Positions 19,978-29,697 of a stretch of 64,000 nt of DNA are shown here, piece by piece. The stretch spans positions 1-64,000 of IMG/VR virus record IMGVR_UViG_3300037991_001647; one strand, 5' to 3'. Under the pieces are notes generated by a model, which did no database searches, was not told the DNA's origin, and saw nothing but the letters and a program-made list of their open reading frames with translations. Position numbers and translations under genes: made by a program. Position 1 is the first letter of the stretch. Every line of letters starts with the position of its first letter. The stretch comes from an uncultured virus (IMG/VR IMGVR_UViG_3300037991_001647). Taxonomy: Duplodnaviria; Heunggongvirae; Uroviricota; Caudoviricetes.

Positions 19978-21404
19978 TGGCTAGTGAAACGTTTTGTATA
20001 TTACCTTGGGTAAACATCTCTACACGTGCCAATGGAGACTTGCGTGTATGTTGTCACGCAAACCAAGGACCTACTCGTGGTATCTATAAGAAAGAGAATG
20101 GTGACAACTATAATCTAAAACAAGATAAGATTACAGATGCTATCAATTCTCCACTAGCAAAAGATATTCGTAAAAAGATGTTAGAAGGTAAATGGCATCC
20201 TGAATGTATCAGATGTTTACGTGAAGAAAAAGCAGGTATGAAATCTCGTAGAATAAACGATGGTGAAAGATTTGCTACACACTTGACTTGGGATCAAGCA
20301 GTAGAACATACAAGTGAAGATGGAACAATAGATTTAAATCATATCAAACAAACTTATTATGATATTAGATTAGGTAATTTCTGTAATCTAAAATGTCGTA
20401 TGTGTTCTCCAATGGATAGTAGTTCTTGGTACGATGACTATGTAAAAATGTGGGGTACAAATAAATTTAAAGACACTCACGGTGTTGTTGAGATGTATAA
20501 AAACAACAAAGGTAAGTTTACTGCACACGATTATGATTGGGTTAAGAAAGATAATTTCTGGGAGAACTTAAAAGAAACTGCCTCAGGAATGAAACACGTT
20601 TATCTAGTAGGTGGGGAACCTCTTATCATTGAAGAACATTATGACTTCTTAAAATATTGCGTAGAGAAAGATTACGCAAAAGATATGACTATTGAATATA
20701 ATACTAACTTAACAAATATACAACCAAGAGCATTAGAGTTATGGTTAAACTTCAAGCAAGTTCAGTTTGGTATATCAATGGACGGTATAGGTCCAACACT
20801 TGAATATATCAGAAACCCATTGAAAACTAAACTAATGGAAAAGAACTTAGCAAAACTTGATGAAGTAGGATTAGAAAAACTAAACTTTAGAGCCTGGATT
20901 GCATTTACAATAGGTGCGATGAATGCCTTTCATTTTACAGACTTTTTAAAATGGAAAATAGAACAAGACTTTGCTATTATATCTCCTATGTTAAAAAACA
21001 ATCCAAAGCCATTTATTAATGTGCATCCGATACACAGACCTTTTGAGTTATCAACTAGATTTCTTCCTAAAGATGTAAAAGACCAAGTACGTGATAAGTG
21101 GGAAGCATTTAGAACAGAATTTAAAACAGATATTGTAAACAATATAAACTTCCATTCATTAGCAAAAAAGAATCCTATGGCAATGGGATCAATTAAACCT
21201 GCAAATAAAGAGTGGGCAATAATGAAGATGGATCAATTACTAGATAGTAATTTAAAATTTATGTATGACGAAGATTGGTTTACAGAAGAAAATAATAAAA
21301 AGTTTTGGAACTATAATGGTAAATTAGATGACATTAGAAAAGAACAGATGCAAGAAAGTTTACCAGAATTATATGACGCAATGTTAAAGTATAGGGTAGA
21401 GTAA
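19977..21404 (+). CDS. radical SAM protein with N-terminal twitch-like cluster (paralog of 13929..15485)
   Basis: FCILPW..RVCC..CIRC, CNLKCRMC, VGGEP. Confidence 0.9.
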   Translation: MASETFCILPWVNISTRANGDLRVCCHANQGPTRGIYKKENGDNYNLKQDKITDAINSPLAKDIRKKMLEGKWHPECIRCLREEKAGMKSRRINDGERFATHLTWDQAVEHTSEDGTIDLNHIKQTYYDIRLGNFCNLKCRMCSPMDSSSWYDDYVKMWGTNKFKDTHGVVEMYKNNKGKFTAHDYDWVKKDNFWENLKETASGMKHVYLVGGEPLIIEEHYDFLKYCVEKDYAKDMTIEYNTNLTNIQPRALELWLNFKQVQFGISMDGIGPTLEYIRNPLKTKLMEKNLAKLDEVGLEKLNFRAWIAFTIGAMNAFHFTDFLKWKIEQDFAIISPMLKNNPKPFINVHPIHRPFELSTRFLPKDVKDQVRDKWEAFRTEFKTDIVNNINFHSLAKKNPMAMGSIKPANKEWAIMKMDQLLDSNLKFMYDEDWFTEENNKKFWNYNGKLDDIRKEQMQESLPELYDAMLKYRVE

Positions 21405-22126
21405 TGAAGATAGGATTATTTGGTGATAGTTTTGCACACGATGATGAAACAAAAACAGGCAAATCATACATAGAATATTTAAATGAAAGAAATGATTTTG
21501 AAATAGTAGCACACGGTATGAGTGGTTCTGGTATGTATTATTCATATAAAAAATTCTTAGAACATAATAAAGATTATCAAAAAGTAATTTTTATAACTAC
21601 ACACCCTGGTAGACTTTGGTTACGTAACTCAAAAAATTCGTTAGTAGAACATACTTATAACTTGGCAAGTGCAGAACATTTGCTTAAACACGAAACGAAG
21701 TTAAAGACCGAAGATGTAAAACGTTTAACCGCAGTTGTAGATTATGTTAAATACATATATAACCAAGAAGAACAACAAGACTATTGGAAGTTAATGTTAG
21801 ATAGAATTAAAAGTATAAGACCTGATGCACTGATTATAGATGCATTTCATATCTATAAACACGATGACAATACTAAAACAATAAACGAAACAGATTGTAT
21901 TGTATTGGAAGATTTAGCAAGATTAGATTTAATGAAGAACGGCAAACCAATACTAGGGTCATTGGGTGTAGAAGATATGAGAAAAACTCATTTAAGTGAG
22001 GCAAACTCAATAGTATTTGCAAACAAAATACTTGAATGGATAAAAACAGGAAACTGGTATTTTAAAGACAAAGATGAATTTTTTGAATCACAAGGAATAG
22101 AGGCATATTATAATGACGGACGTTAA
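21404..22126 (+). CDS. SGNH-hydrolase-like protein
   Basis: N-terminal FGDSF, GMSGSG and a C-terminal THLS..N. Confidence 0.55.
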   Translation: MKIGLFGDSFAHDDETKTGKSYIEYLNERNDFEIVAHGMSGSGMYYSYKKFLEHNKDYQKVIFITTHPGRLWLRNSKNSLVEHTYNLASAEHLLKHETKLKTEDVKRLTAVVDYVKYIYNQEEQQDYWKLMLDRIKSIRPDALIIDAFHIYKHDDNTKTINETDCIVLEDLARLDLMKNGKPILGSLGVEDMRKTHLSEANSIVFANKILEWIKTGNWYFKDKDEFFESQGIEAYYNDGR

Positions 22127-23276
22127 CAAAGACTCACTTTATTGGTCGCAATATGACTTTACTAAAATACCTTATGATGATATTGTAAAAGTAGGTCAAC
22201 GTACACTTTTGTATAGAGATTTATTTTCAGTATCTTGGTTGCTAGGACGTTTTTGTAATTACAAATGTAGTTACTGTTGGCCTTATGCTAGAAGTGATAG
22301 AAAAGACCATAGACCAACTGAATTGTGTTTAAAGACTATTGATGAAATAAAAAGACAAGCAAGAGAAAATGGTTTCAATAGTTTTCACTTTAGTTTGTCT
22401 GGTGGTGAACCTACATTTCATCCTGGTTACTTAGATATGCTACAACACCTAGCAGATGATGTTGACAATACAAATTATACAAGTGTTCATATGACAAGTA
22501 ATATTTCACGTAAAGAGAAATGGTTCTTAGAATATTGTCAGATTGCAGGACAATTTCATAGAGCAAGTATTACTGCAAGTTATCACAAAGAATTTGCTGA
22601 TAAAGAAGAATTCGCAGATAAACTTTTATTATGTATGGAACACGATGTACAAGTTACAATTAATATGGTTCTTGTACCTGAGTGGTTTGAAAGAGATTGG
22701 GATAACGCAATGTACTTTCATAACAGAGGTATCAATGTTACATTAAAGCCTCAATCAGATCCTACTGCTAGTTTTGTTGTTAAAGGTTATACAGAAAAAC
22801 AATTAGAAATTATGCGTAACGGTATGCCACAACGTGATTATACTACAGACATACAAAAGACTACAGGCAAAAAGATTATAAGACCTAAACCAAAGACAGG
22901 TATGTGGAAGATGGATATGCAGAATGGTGATGACAAATCAGTCCCACCAATTATGCAAGTAGAGTTTGAGGATAGTAAAGGTAAGAAATGGTATATGGAT
23001 CAAGCAGAACGTTTTAATGCTTTTAACTTTAATAAGTTCAAAGGTTGGGATTGTACTAGTGGGTTCAAAGGTATCATTATCAGAGAACCTGATGGGTCTA
23101 TCAAACGTTCATACAGTTGTGCAGATAAACCATTAGGTTATATTGAAAGTGGGTTTAAACTATTTGATAGTCCTAAACCTTGTATAAGTGAAAGTTGTGT
23201 TTCAAGTGCAGATAGCAAGATACCAAAGAGGGCACCTGGCGCAACAGTTCGAATATATCCAGGAGAAAAGATATGA
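22113..23276 (+). CDS. radical SAM protein (same subtype as 12857..13921)
   Basis: CNYKCSYC, SGGEPT, FKGWDC..G...SC...PC...CVS. Confidence 0.9.
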   Translation: MTDVNKDSLYWSQYDFTKIPYDDIVKVGQRTLLYRDLFSVSWLLGRFCNYKCSYCWPYARSDRKDHRPTELCLKTIDEIKRQARENGFNSFHFSLSGGEPTFHPGYLDMLQHLADDVDNTNYTSVHMTSNISRKEKWFLEYCQIAGQFHRASITASYHKEFADKEEFADKLLLCMEHDVQVTINMVLVPEWFERDWDNAMYFHNRGINVTLKPQSDPTASFVVKGYTEKQLEIMRNGMPQRDYTTDIQKTTGKKIIRPKPKTGMWKMDMQNGDDKSVPPIMQVEFEDSKGKKWYMDQAERFNAFNFNKFKGWDCTSGFKGIIIREPDGSIKRSYSCADKPLGYIESGFKLFDSPKPCISESCVSSADSKIPKRAPGATVRIYPGEKI

Positions 23277-24331
23277 AAAAGTTCTATGTAAAAGACTGTC
23301 CTGACCATAAACCAGTACACATATGGATAGGTGAATCGTTAGGTATGGAAGAGAAATTCATAAACAAAATGAAACCAAAGAATCCAGATGTACTATACGA
23401 GTTTGAGGATACTTTACTAGACTTAGAAAAACTTAAAGAAGATTCAGAAAAAGCATTTGAAGAATATGGTTGGTATGGGTTCTTAAATATCTTTGGTGGT
23501 AAGTTTGCTAGAAGTGATGGATACGGAGGTCTAAGTTTAGTTTATAATAAAGATTATAGATATGAAAATATACCTGATAATGCACAGACATTAGGATACC
23601 CTAGGTCTAATTTTCCAGATGAATTGTTTACAGAAAACTTTGAGTTGTTTGAAAAGGTAATGGAAAAAAGATTAGACAAAGATATATGGAGTGAAGCCCA
23701 AGAGTTTGGTATGCATCACGCATTTAGATTTTTACACAAACACGAAATAATTGATGAGAAAAAGTTAAATGAACTTTTAGCAAAGTTTCCTGATAGAAAA
23801 GATGTAGGTGAAAGAATAAATTTAAATACATATTCAGATACGTGGGGGTTCAATAGATGGAGTGATCCAGCAAAGTATGGATATCTGAATGAAATAGTTA
23901 AACGTGTAAAACGTTCTCCTGTTAGAAGTAGATTAGCACAAATAAAAAATATCGATACAGAAGAAAGAAAAGAACAAGCCAACAAATATCTTTGGCACAG
24001 AGATGATACTTGGTTTTATGAGTTGAGAATTAATCTTAGTTTACATAACGAAAATAATGTATATGGAATTGAGATTGAAAACTATGGATCTAAACCATTC
24101 ATTCCAGGTAATTGGTATGTATGGGATACTTACGTAACACACAGACCATATGTAAATCAAGCAATGCCAGGTAAAGCAAGAACAAATTATGTTTTAGCAG
24201 TCAACCCTTGGTTCGATTGGATTGAAGAAGAACAATGTTGGATACAAAATGAATTTTATGGCGAAAAGCATCCTGCTGATATGGTCATTGAAGGCGATGC
24301 AATAGAAGGGCTAAAGTTAGTGCAAAAATGA
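23273..24331 (+). CDS. putative 2OG-Fe(II) oxygenase-fold protein
   Basis: RSRLA..WHRD (HxD)..RINL..WDT..THRP. Confidence 0.5.
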   Translation: MKKFYVKDCPDHKPVHIWIGESLGMEEKFINKMKPKNPDVLYEFEDTLLDLEKLKEDSEKAFEEYGWYGFLNIFGGKFARSDGYGGLSLVYNKDYRYENIPDNAQTLGYPRSNFPDELFTENFELFEKVMEKRLDKDIWSEAQEFGMHHAFRFLHKHEIIDEKKLNELLAKFPDRKDVGERINLNTYSDTWGFNRWSDPAKYGYLNEIVKRVKRSPVRSRLAQIKNIDTEERKEQANKYLWHRDDTWFYELRINLSLHNENNVYGIEIENYGSKPFIPGNWYVWDTYVTHRPYVNQAMPGKARTNYVLAVNPWFDWIEEEQCWIQNEFYGEKHPADMVIEGDAIEGLKLVQK

Positions 24332-24945
24332 AAACATTTATAATAATGACAGGACCTCAGGGTTCTGGCAATCATTTATTCAGTAAAGCATTAGGTCAAA
24401 ACGATGAGATATGGGGTTGGCATATGCGAGACTATTGGGAAGCACACGACCAAGAACCCTTTGCACATTATTGGAATGAACCATCTGATTTTGTTCACTT
24501 TGATTATCCAGAAAAAGATTTCATATTAACTAGTGTAAGTTGTCCTTACTTTCATCACGGCAAAGAACGTGTACCTGATTATGAATTGTTTTCATCATAC
24601 ATAAAATTAAATGCAAAAATAAAATATTTAATAATAGGTAGAGATAAAACTATTTTAGATTATCAACAACTAAGACTTAGAAAGAAATATACCACACACG
24701 TATTTAAAGACAACATAGATTACTTAATAAAACAAGACCATATGTTTATATCACAAGAGTTATTATATTTGTACGGACTTCCTTATTTGAATTCTATTGA
24801 GAAATGGATAGGCGTGAATGAAACAAAAGATGATACTATACTTAAAGATATATTAAAAACAGATGCTAATAATAAATATATTAAACAAGTAGACAAAACC
24901 GATTTAGATAGATTAGTTGAAAGTTTGATGAAAGGCGAAAGATGA
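24328..24945 (+). CDS. P-loop / sulfotransferase-like protein
   Basis: N-terminal IMTGPQGSGNH and downstream IIGRD. Confidence 0.45.
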   Translation: MKTFIIMTGPQGSGNHLFSKALGQNDEIWGWHMRDYWEAHDQEPFAHYWNEPSDFVHFDYPEKDFILTSVSCPYFHHGKERVPDYELFSSYIKLNAKIKYLIIGRDKTILDYQQLRLRKKYTTHVFKDNIDYLIKQDHMFISQELLYLYGLPYLNSIEKWIGVNETKDDTILKDILKTDANNKYIKQVDKTDLDRLVESLMKGER

Positions 24946-25406
24946 CAGACATAGATTTAGTTATGGGTTCAGACCATAGAGGTTACAAGTTAAAAAACAT
25001 AATAGCAGAACACTTAGTACCTATAGACAAAGATATCAAAAAAGATATATCATTATTTTTAGATTGCGGGTGTTACGATGAGCAATCAGTTGACTATCCA
25101 GATGTAGTAAAAAGTATGGCAGACGAAATGAAAGGCACATTCAATATGGGTATATTGATATGTGGATCAGGTTTCGGTGTATGTATGGCCGCAAATAGAT
25201 ATCCTTTTATGAGAGCAATTACTGCCAGAAGTCCACAAGAGGCAAAGATGTCAAGAAAACATAATGATGCAAACGTATTATGTTTAGGTGCAGATTTTAC
25301 ATCTAAAAAAGAAGCATTGAAAATAGTAGATGCATTTGTAACTACAGATTTTGAAGGTGGTCGTCACCAAAGAAGAATTGATAAACTAAAACATATGTTT
25401 GGTTAA
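24942..25406 (+). CDS. rpiB: ribose-5-phosphate isomerase B (RpiB/LacA/LacB family)
   Basis: GSDHRG, VDYPD, ICGSGFG..MAAN, HNDANVLCLG, FEGGRHQRRI. Confidence 0.93.
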   Translation: MTDIDLVMGSDHRGYKLKNIIAEHLVPIDKDIKKDISLFLDCGCYDEQSVDYPDVVKSMADEMKGTFNMGILICGSGFGVCMAANRYPFMRAITARSPQEAKMSRKHNDANVLCLGADFTSKKEALKIVDAFVTTDFEGGRHQRRIDKLKHMFG

Positions 25407-25407
25407 G

Positions 25408-25563
25408 ATGTCCAAAAAGATAAAATACTTTCACGAAGTTTGGCCTGAGGAAGAAAGAATATTAAAGTTAGGTCTAGAAGAAAGTAAAAGAGCAAAAGCA
25501 GAGAGACAGAGTAAAACTAAAAAGAAATCAAATGATAAAGAATTACGACCCAAGCAAAGATAA
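25408..25563 (+). CDS. small basic hypothetical protein (51 aa)
   Basis: Manual translation MSKKIKYFHEVWPEEERILKLGLEESKRAKAERQ... It fills the gap between rpiB and the next ORF. Confidence 0.5.
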   Translation: MSKKIKYFHEVWPEEERILKLGLEESKRAKAERQSKTKKKSNDKELRPKQR

Positions 25564-26569
25564 TATAATAAGATGGCACAATCAAGTATGGGACTTGAAT
25601 GATGACCTTGATATGTATTGGTTACACGAAGCCATTATGTTCAAGAGATACAAGAATATGAAAGATACAAGTTCCAAACTTGATTTAAGAGATAGAACTT
25701 ACTTTACAAAGTTTAGAAAATTATTTTATCAAAAAGCAAACTATGGTAGTTGGGAATTTGCAAGGGATAGAATAGTAGTAAAAGAACAACACATACCTTT
25801 TAATGAATACAGATACAGAGATCCTGATGATAACATTTTATATTGGGAAAGAGGTAGCAAGTATACTATGGTATATCTTGTATCTTTTGCTGGTCACGAA
25901 GGAAGATTAACTATAAGTGCAGATTGCTTACCAGAAACAATATGGAAGACTAAATGTAATGTACTTATTGTAAATGAAGATCCATTTAGAATGCCTGAGT
26001 ATGAATATCCTAGTTGTTTTATATTAGGTAATAGTAAGATAAATCCAACGTGGGATAAGTTAATTGCTAAACTGAAGGCAATCTTAGATGAGTTTAGCAA
26101 AGATAAAATTGTATTTTTGTTTGCAGATTCTAAACACGCAGGCAGTGGTATAGGTATGGCAGGTCATCTTGGATTGCAATATGCTTTTATTATTCACGGG
26201 CAAAATACATATGATTGGGATAATAGTCCTTGGGTACAACATTGGTTAAAGAAAAAAAGTATAGACAATCTAGGCGAAGTACAACAAATGGCGATTGTAA
26301 AGTCCTGGAGAAATAGAAAAAGAGATACACTAATCACAGATCCATTACAACATTTATCAGAATGGCCTGATTTAAAAATAGATTATTACTATGGTGCTTA
26401 TGATATAGAGTATGAAGGATTTGCTGATTATCTAGCCGAATTTGTAGATGGAAATCAAGTAACAGCCCATCAAGTAGACTTTAGATTTAGTCCACACGAT
26501 AATGGTCATTTCATTAGAACATTTGTTGAGAGAGAATTTCTTCCTGTTTATATGTCTAAACTGACATAG
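25532..26569 (+). CDS. hypothetical protein, possibly alpha/beta-hydrolase-like
   Basis: 345 aa ORF. LFADSKHAG resembles a nucleophile elbow and there is a late GH. Weak call. Confidence 0.5.
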   Translation: MIKNYDPSKDNIIRWHNQVWDLNDDLDMYWLHEAIMFKRYKNMKDTSSKLDLRDRTYFTKFRKLFYQKANYGSWEFARDRIVVKEQHIPFNEYRYRDPDDNILYWERGSKYTMVYLVSFAGHEGRLTISADCLPETIWKTKCNVLIVNEDPFRMPEYEYPSCFILGNSKINPTWDKLIAKLKAILDEFSKDKIVFLFADSKHAGSGIGMAGHLGLQYAFIIHGQNTYDWDNSPWVQHWLKKKSIDNLGEVQQMAIVKSWRNRKRDTLITDPLQHLSEWPDLKIDYYYGAYDIEYEGFADYLAEFVDGNQVTAHQVDFRFSPHDNGHFIRTFVEREFLPVYMSKLT

Positions 26570-27425
26570 TTGCTTTTATAAAATCATCTGGATTATAATT
26601 TACCAAAGTAAAATCTGACATTTTAAAATCATCAATATTGGTTACATCAGGATTTAAATGTAATTTAGGGAATGCTTTAGGTTCTCTTTCTATTTGTGTA
26701 TTACAAGCATCAAAATGATCCTCGTATACGTGAGCATCACCAAATACGTGATTGAATATTCCAGGAGTTAGTCCAGTAACGTGAGCAATCATATAAACTA
26801 ACAAAGAATAAGATGCAATATTAAATGGAACTCCAAGAAATAAATCTGCACTTCTTTGATACATTGTACAGTTTAATCTTTTATCATTTGTGACATAAAA
26901 TTGTGCAAATGTATGACAAGGCGGGAGTGCCATATTTTCTAACTCACCAACATTCCAAGCAGATAGTAAATGCCTACGTGATTGTGGATTGTTTTTAAGT
27001 CCGTTGATTAGAGTTTCTATTTGGTCTACTTCACTAAACTTACGCCATTGAACGCCATATACTGGTCCTAGTTTTTTAACTAAATCATTATTCTCATAAC
27101 CTAAGTTAACACCTTGTTCATCAGCATTGGCTGTCCAAATAGTCTTTTTACCTATTAACTCTTTACGGTCTTTTCCATAATGAATTTCAGCAAGTCTACG
27201 TTCATCATCAGAACCTTCTAAGAACCAAAGTAATTCACTTAATACTGCTTTGAAATTAACTTTCTTGGTAGTAAGTAAAGGGTATCCTGCCTCTAATTCA
27301 AAACGTAAAGAGGTATGAAATACACTCCGTGTTCCAGTTCCTGTTCGTTCTTGGTCTCTTATTTCGCCTCGTGTCATTACATAGTGTAATAGTTCGAGGT
27401 ATTCTTCTTCCTCAAAGTTTCGCAT
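26556..27425 (-). CDS. thyA: thymidylate synthase
   Basis: RTGTGT, ELLWFL.G, LGPVYG.QWR, ALPPCH, YQRSAD.FLGVPFNIASY. Confidence 0.97.
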   Translation of the reverse strand: MRNFEEEEYLELLHYVMTRGEIRDQERTGTGTRSVFHTSLRFELEAGYPLLTTKKVNFKAVLSELLWFLEGSDDERRLAEIHYGKDRKELIGKKTIWTANADEQGVNLGYENNDLVKKLGPVYGVQWRKFSEVDQIETLINGLKNNPQSRRHLLSAWNVGELENMALPPCHTFAQFYVTNDKRLNCTMYQRSADLFLGVPFNIASYSLLVYMIAHVTGLTPGIFNHVFGDAHVYEDHFDACNTQIEREPKAFPKLHLNPDVTNIDDFKMSDFTLVNYNPDDFIKATMSV

Positions 27426-27429
27426 TACT

Positions 27430-27969
27430 TCACCACTGATTATGTCTAGGATCCTGTTGTTGTTTTATATGTTCTTTTTTATTCCAAATTTCAAAAGTGC
27501 ATTCTTCTGTTTGGTGTTGATAACTTCTTTCGAATAATTCTAAATATCGAGTTCTATTAACAGATGTATCAACTTCATATGTACCTTTGATTGTAGTCAG
27601 ATAAATTGTATCCGCTATTTTATATAATTCATCATAAAGTGTTTTACCACCTACTATCATTATATTTCTTTTAGGGTGTCTTGATTGTATTGCTTGAACG
27701 ATAGTTTCTAAACTATATTTTGTATGGTCATATGAATCATATGCTCCTTCAAATAATTTAAAATCACTTGAACTTATTACATAATTAATTCTTTCGGGTA
27801 AAGGTGCATAGTCGCCTAAACTGGCCCAAGTTTTACGACCCATAACGACTACCTCGTTTAGAGTCTTTTCTTTGAACCATTGTAAGTCAGATTTGACTTT
27901 AGGCCAAGGAAGTGAATTTTTATAACCAATGCCACCACTTTCGTCAGTAGCAAGAATCATACTTATCAT
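27430..27969 (-). CDS. dfrA: dihydrofolate reductase
   Basis: IG..N.LPW, DL.WFK, VMGRKTW.S, PLP.R.N, IVGG. Confidence 0.93.
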   Translation of the reverse strand: MISMILATDESGGIGYKNSLPWPKVKSDLQWFKEKTLNEVVVMGRKTWASLGDYAPLPERINYVISSSDFKLFEGAYDSYDHTKYSLETIVQAIQSRHPKRNIMIVGGKTLYDELYKIADTIYLTTIKGTYEVDTSVNRTRYLELFERSYQHQTEECTFEIWNKKEHIKQQQDPRHNQW

Positions 27970-27991
27970 TCCGTACTCCTGTTTGTATAGA

Positions 27992-27999
27992 TATTTATC
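27992..27999 (-). promoter_or_regulatory. late-promoter-like GATAAATA
   Basis: Lies in the intergenic gap upstream of dfr, before the AGGAG RBS. Confidence 0.45.
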
Positions 28000-28001
28000 T
28001 G

Positions 28002-28337
28002 TTATTCGGGCTTTTTATTCGCTTTGTTCTTTCGCTTTTTCATATCTTCAAAGTGTTGACTAAGAATATTACGAACATTCATAACGACATTTTCACGAAT
28101 AGCAGGCATATCTACAAAAACTTGAATATCCTCAATGCTATCGAATTGTGATACAAGTTTATCCCAACTAAAGTCATTGTTTACTGGTAATGGATTTATT
28201 AATTCATCACCTTTAAGAATAACTTGTTGACCGTTTGCTAGTTTTACACTAATACTTTTGACAAAGTTAGAAGGGATACTTACTGGAAATATCTCCTCCA
28301 TAACTTTATCAAATTCACCTTCTCTATCGAATTCCAT
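28002..28337 (-). CDS. hypothetical protein
   Basis: 111 aa ORF coupled to its neighbours. Confidence 0.7.
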   Translation of the reverse strand: MEFDREGEFDKVMEEIFPVSIPSNFVKSISVKLANGQQVILKGDELINPLPVNNDFSWDKLVSQFDSIEDIQVFVDMPAIRENVVMNVRNILSQHFEDMKKRKNKANKKPE

Positions 28338-28606
28338 TATGATAAATCCTTTTTATCTTTCATAGTATCGATATGTTCCAATGCGGCTAGAATTACGGCT
28401 GATGCCTTTACTAAATCGTTTTTAAATTCTTCCGCATTAGGGGGTGTAAGCATAGTGGCTCTCCTTGTATTTTGTACAAGATAATATGATGCAATCGCAA
28501 TCCAATCATTAGGCGAATTATTTCCATCATATTCTGAACCTGATAACCCCACCTGACGTTCTCTTTCCTGAAGGATTAAATCAAGGAGTTCACTACGCCT
28601 ACTCAT
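28337..28606 (-). CDS. hypothetical protein, possibly MazG-like all-alpha nucleotide pyrophosphatase fold
   Basis: ERERQ...NDW...DLVKASAVILAALE helical pattern, near thyA/dfr. Weak functional call. Confidence 0.4.
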   Translation of the reverse strand: MSRRSELLDLILQERERQVGLSGSEYDGNNSPNDWIAIASYYLVQNTRRATMLTPPNAEEFKNDLVKASAVILAALEHIDTMKDKKDLS

Positions 28607-29313
28607 TATACGTCCGCTGATGTGGTATCTAAAGATGCTACAGCCTGTTCAAGATTAGAGTCTGCCGCCTCTGCCCTTTCAGCCATTGCCTCTTTGGTTG
28701 TACCTTTAGGTCTACCTCTACCACGTTTAGCAGGTTCGTTTCCTTTTTCTGCTAAAGTAGGATCGTATTTAATTGCATCCGCTCTTTTCTTTTCTGCTTC
28801 CTGCTCTAGTAGAGCCGCCTGCATTAGAAGATTTTGAGCGATTGCTTTATTGTCCTCACCTAGAGATTGATTTACTTGTTCATCAATTCTATCACCTGGC
28901 ATAGGATTAGGTTGTTGCATTGCATTACCATCAACTACCTCTGCCTGTTTGGTTGTTTCGATAGTTTTCATTTCTGAAAGTACATCATCTAGTGGGACCT
29001 GTTGTTGAGGAGTGGGTTGTAAGATTACTGCCTCAGTAGGAACCTTTTTAAGTAACCCATCTTTATGCAATGATTCTAGCATATTGCCTCCGTGCCAAAA
29101 TACTTTACGTTGTAAACCTTCGTATAGTACATTTGAGGTTTGGCATTCTTGCGACTCGATTGCAGACATAAAATCATCGTGATATTTGTCTGGTAACATA
29201 TCGCTATACACTACCAATGCGTGAGTTGGGTCTTCTGGTATTTGCATAAAGACAACTGCTAACCGTTGACCTGTGCCTTTATGTCTACCTATATGTTTTG
29301 TCATTTGAGTCAT
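28606..29313 (-). CDS. hypothetical protein with C-terminal AT-hook-like motif
   Basis: KRGRGRPKG near the C-terminus. Confidence 0.65.
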   Translation of the reverse strand: MTQMTKHIGRHKGTGQRLAVVFMQIPEDPTHALVVYSDMLPDKYHDDFMSAIESQECQTSNVLYEGLQRKVFWHGGNMLESLHKDGLLKKVPTEAVILQPTPQQQVPLDDVLSEMKTIETTKQAEVVDGNAMQQPNPMPGDRIDEQVNQSLGEDNKAIAQNLLMQAALLEQEAEKKRADAIKYDPTLAEKGNEPAKRGRGRPKGTTKEAMAERAEAADSNLEQAVASLDTTSADV

Positions 29314-29591
29314 TATTTGGACTCGCCTGTAGTTGTTTCAGCAGGCTTACTGCCTTCTGCCTCACCAGCCGCCTCAGCCGCTTTCTTTTGCTCTGCTTGG
29401 ACGTGGTCAACAAACGCCTTCACTTTATTTGCAACTGCTCCAACTGATGATAATTCCGCGGCTTGAAACGCACCACGTTTTGACGCCAAGTCAATAACAT
29501 TATAAATGTTGACTAGGTCATTAACTGTAACCATAGGCGCTTGAGCAGGCGCTTCTGCTTTAGCCTCTGGTGTTTTATTTTCTTCTGCCAT
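29313..29591 (-). CDS. hypothetical phage protein
   Basis: 92 aa with IDLASKRGAFQAAELSSVG core and an AGGAG RBS. Confidence 0.75.
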   Translation of the reverse strand: MAEENKTPEAKAEAPAQAPMVTVNDLVNIYNVIDLASKRGAFQAAELSSVGAVANKVKAFVDHVQAEQKKAAEAAGEAEGSKPAETTTGESK

Positions 29592-29663
29592 TTGTATACT
29601 CCTTTGACATTAAGGTTTGTTTTTTATTATATATAATAAGAATATTTTACTATTCATCTTTTA

Positions 29664-29692
29664 ATTTTACTAAATCTGGGAGTGAAAGTCAA
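29664..29692 (-). promoter_or_regulatory. sigma70-type promoter
   Basis: TTGACT-N17-TAAAAT on the - strand. Confidence 0.6.
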
Positions 29693-29697
29693 GTGTT

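Noticed and set aside
9256..23276. RiPP cluster interpretation of the radical SAM/SPASM genes
   Set aside because: No convincing precursor peptide, RRE/PqqD domain, or dedicated peptidase/exporter was seen in the island. The small ORFs there are membrane or basic peptides. Not fully excluded.
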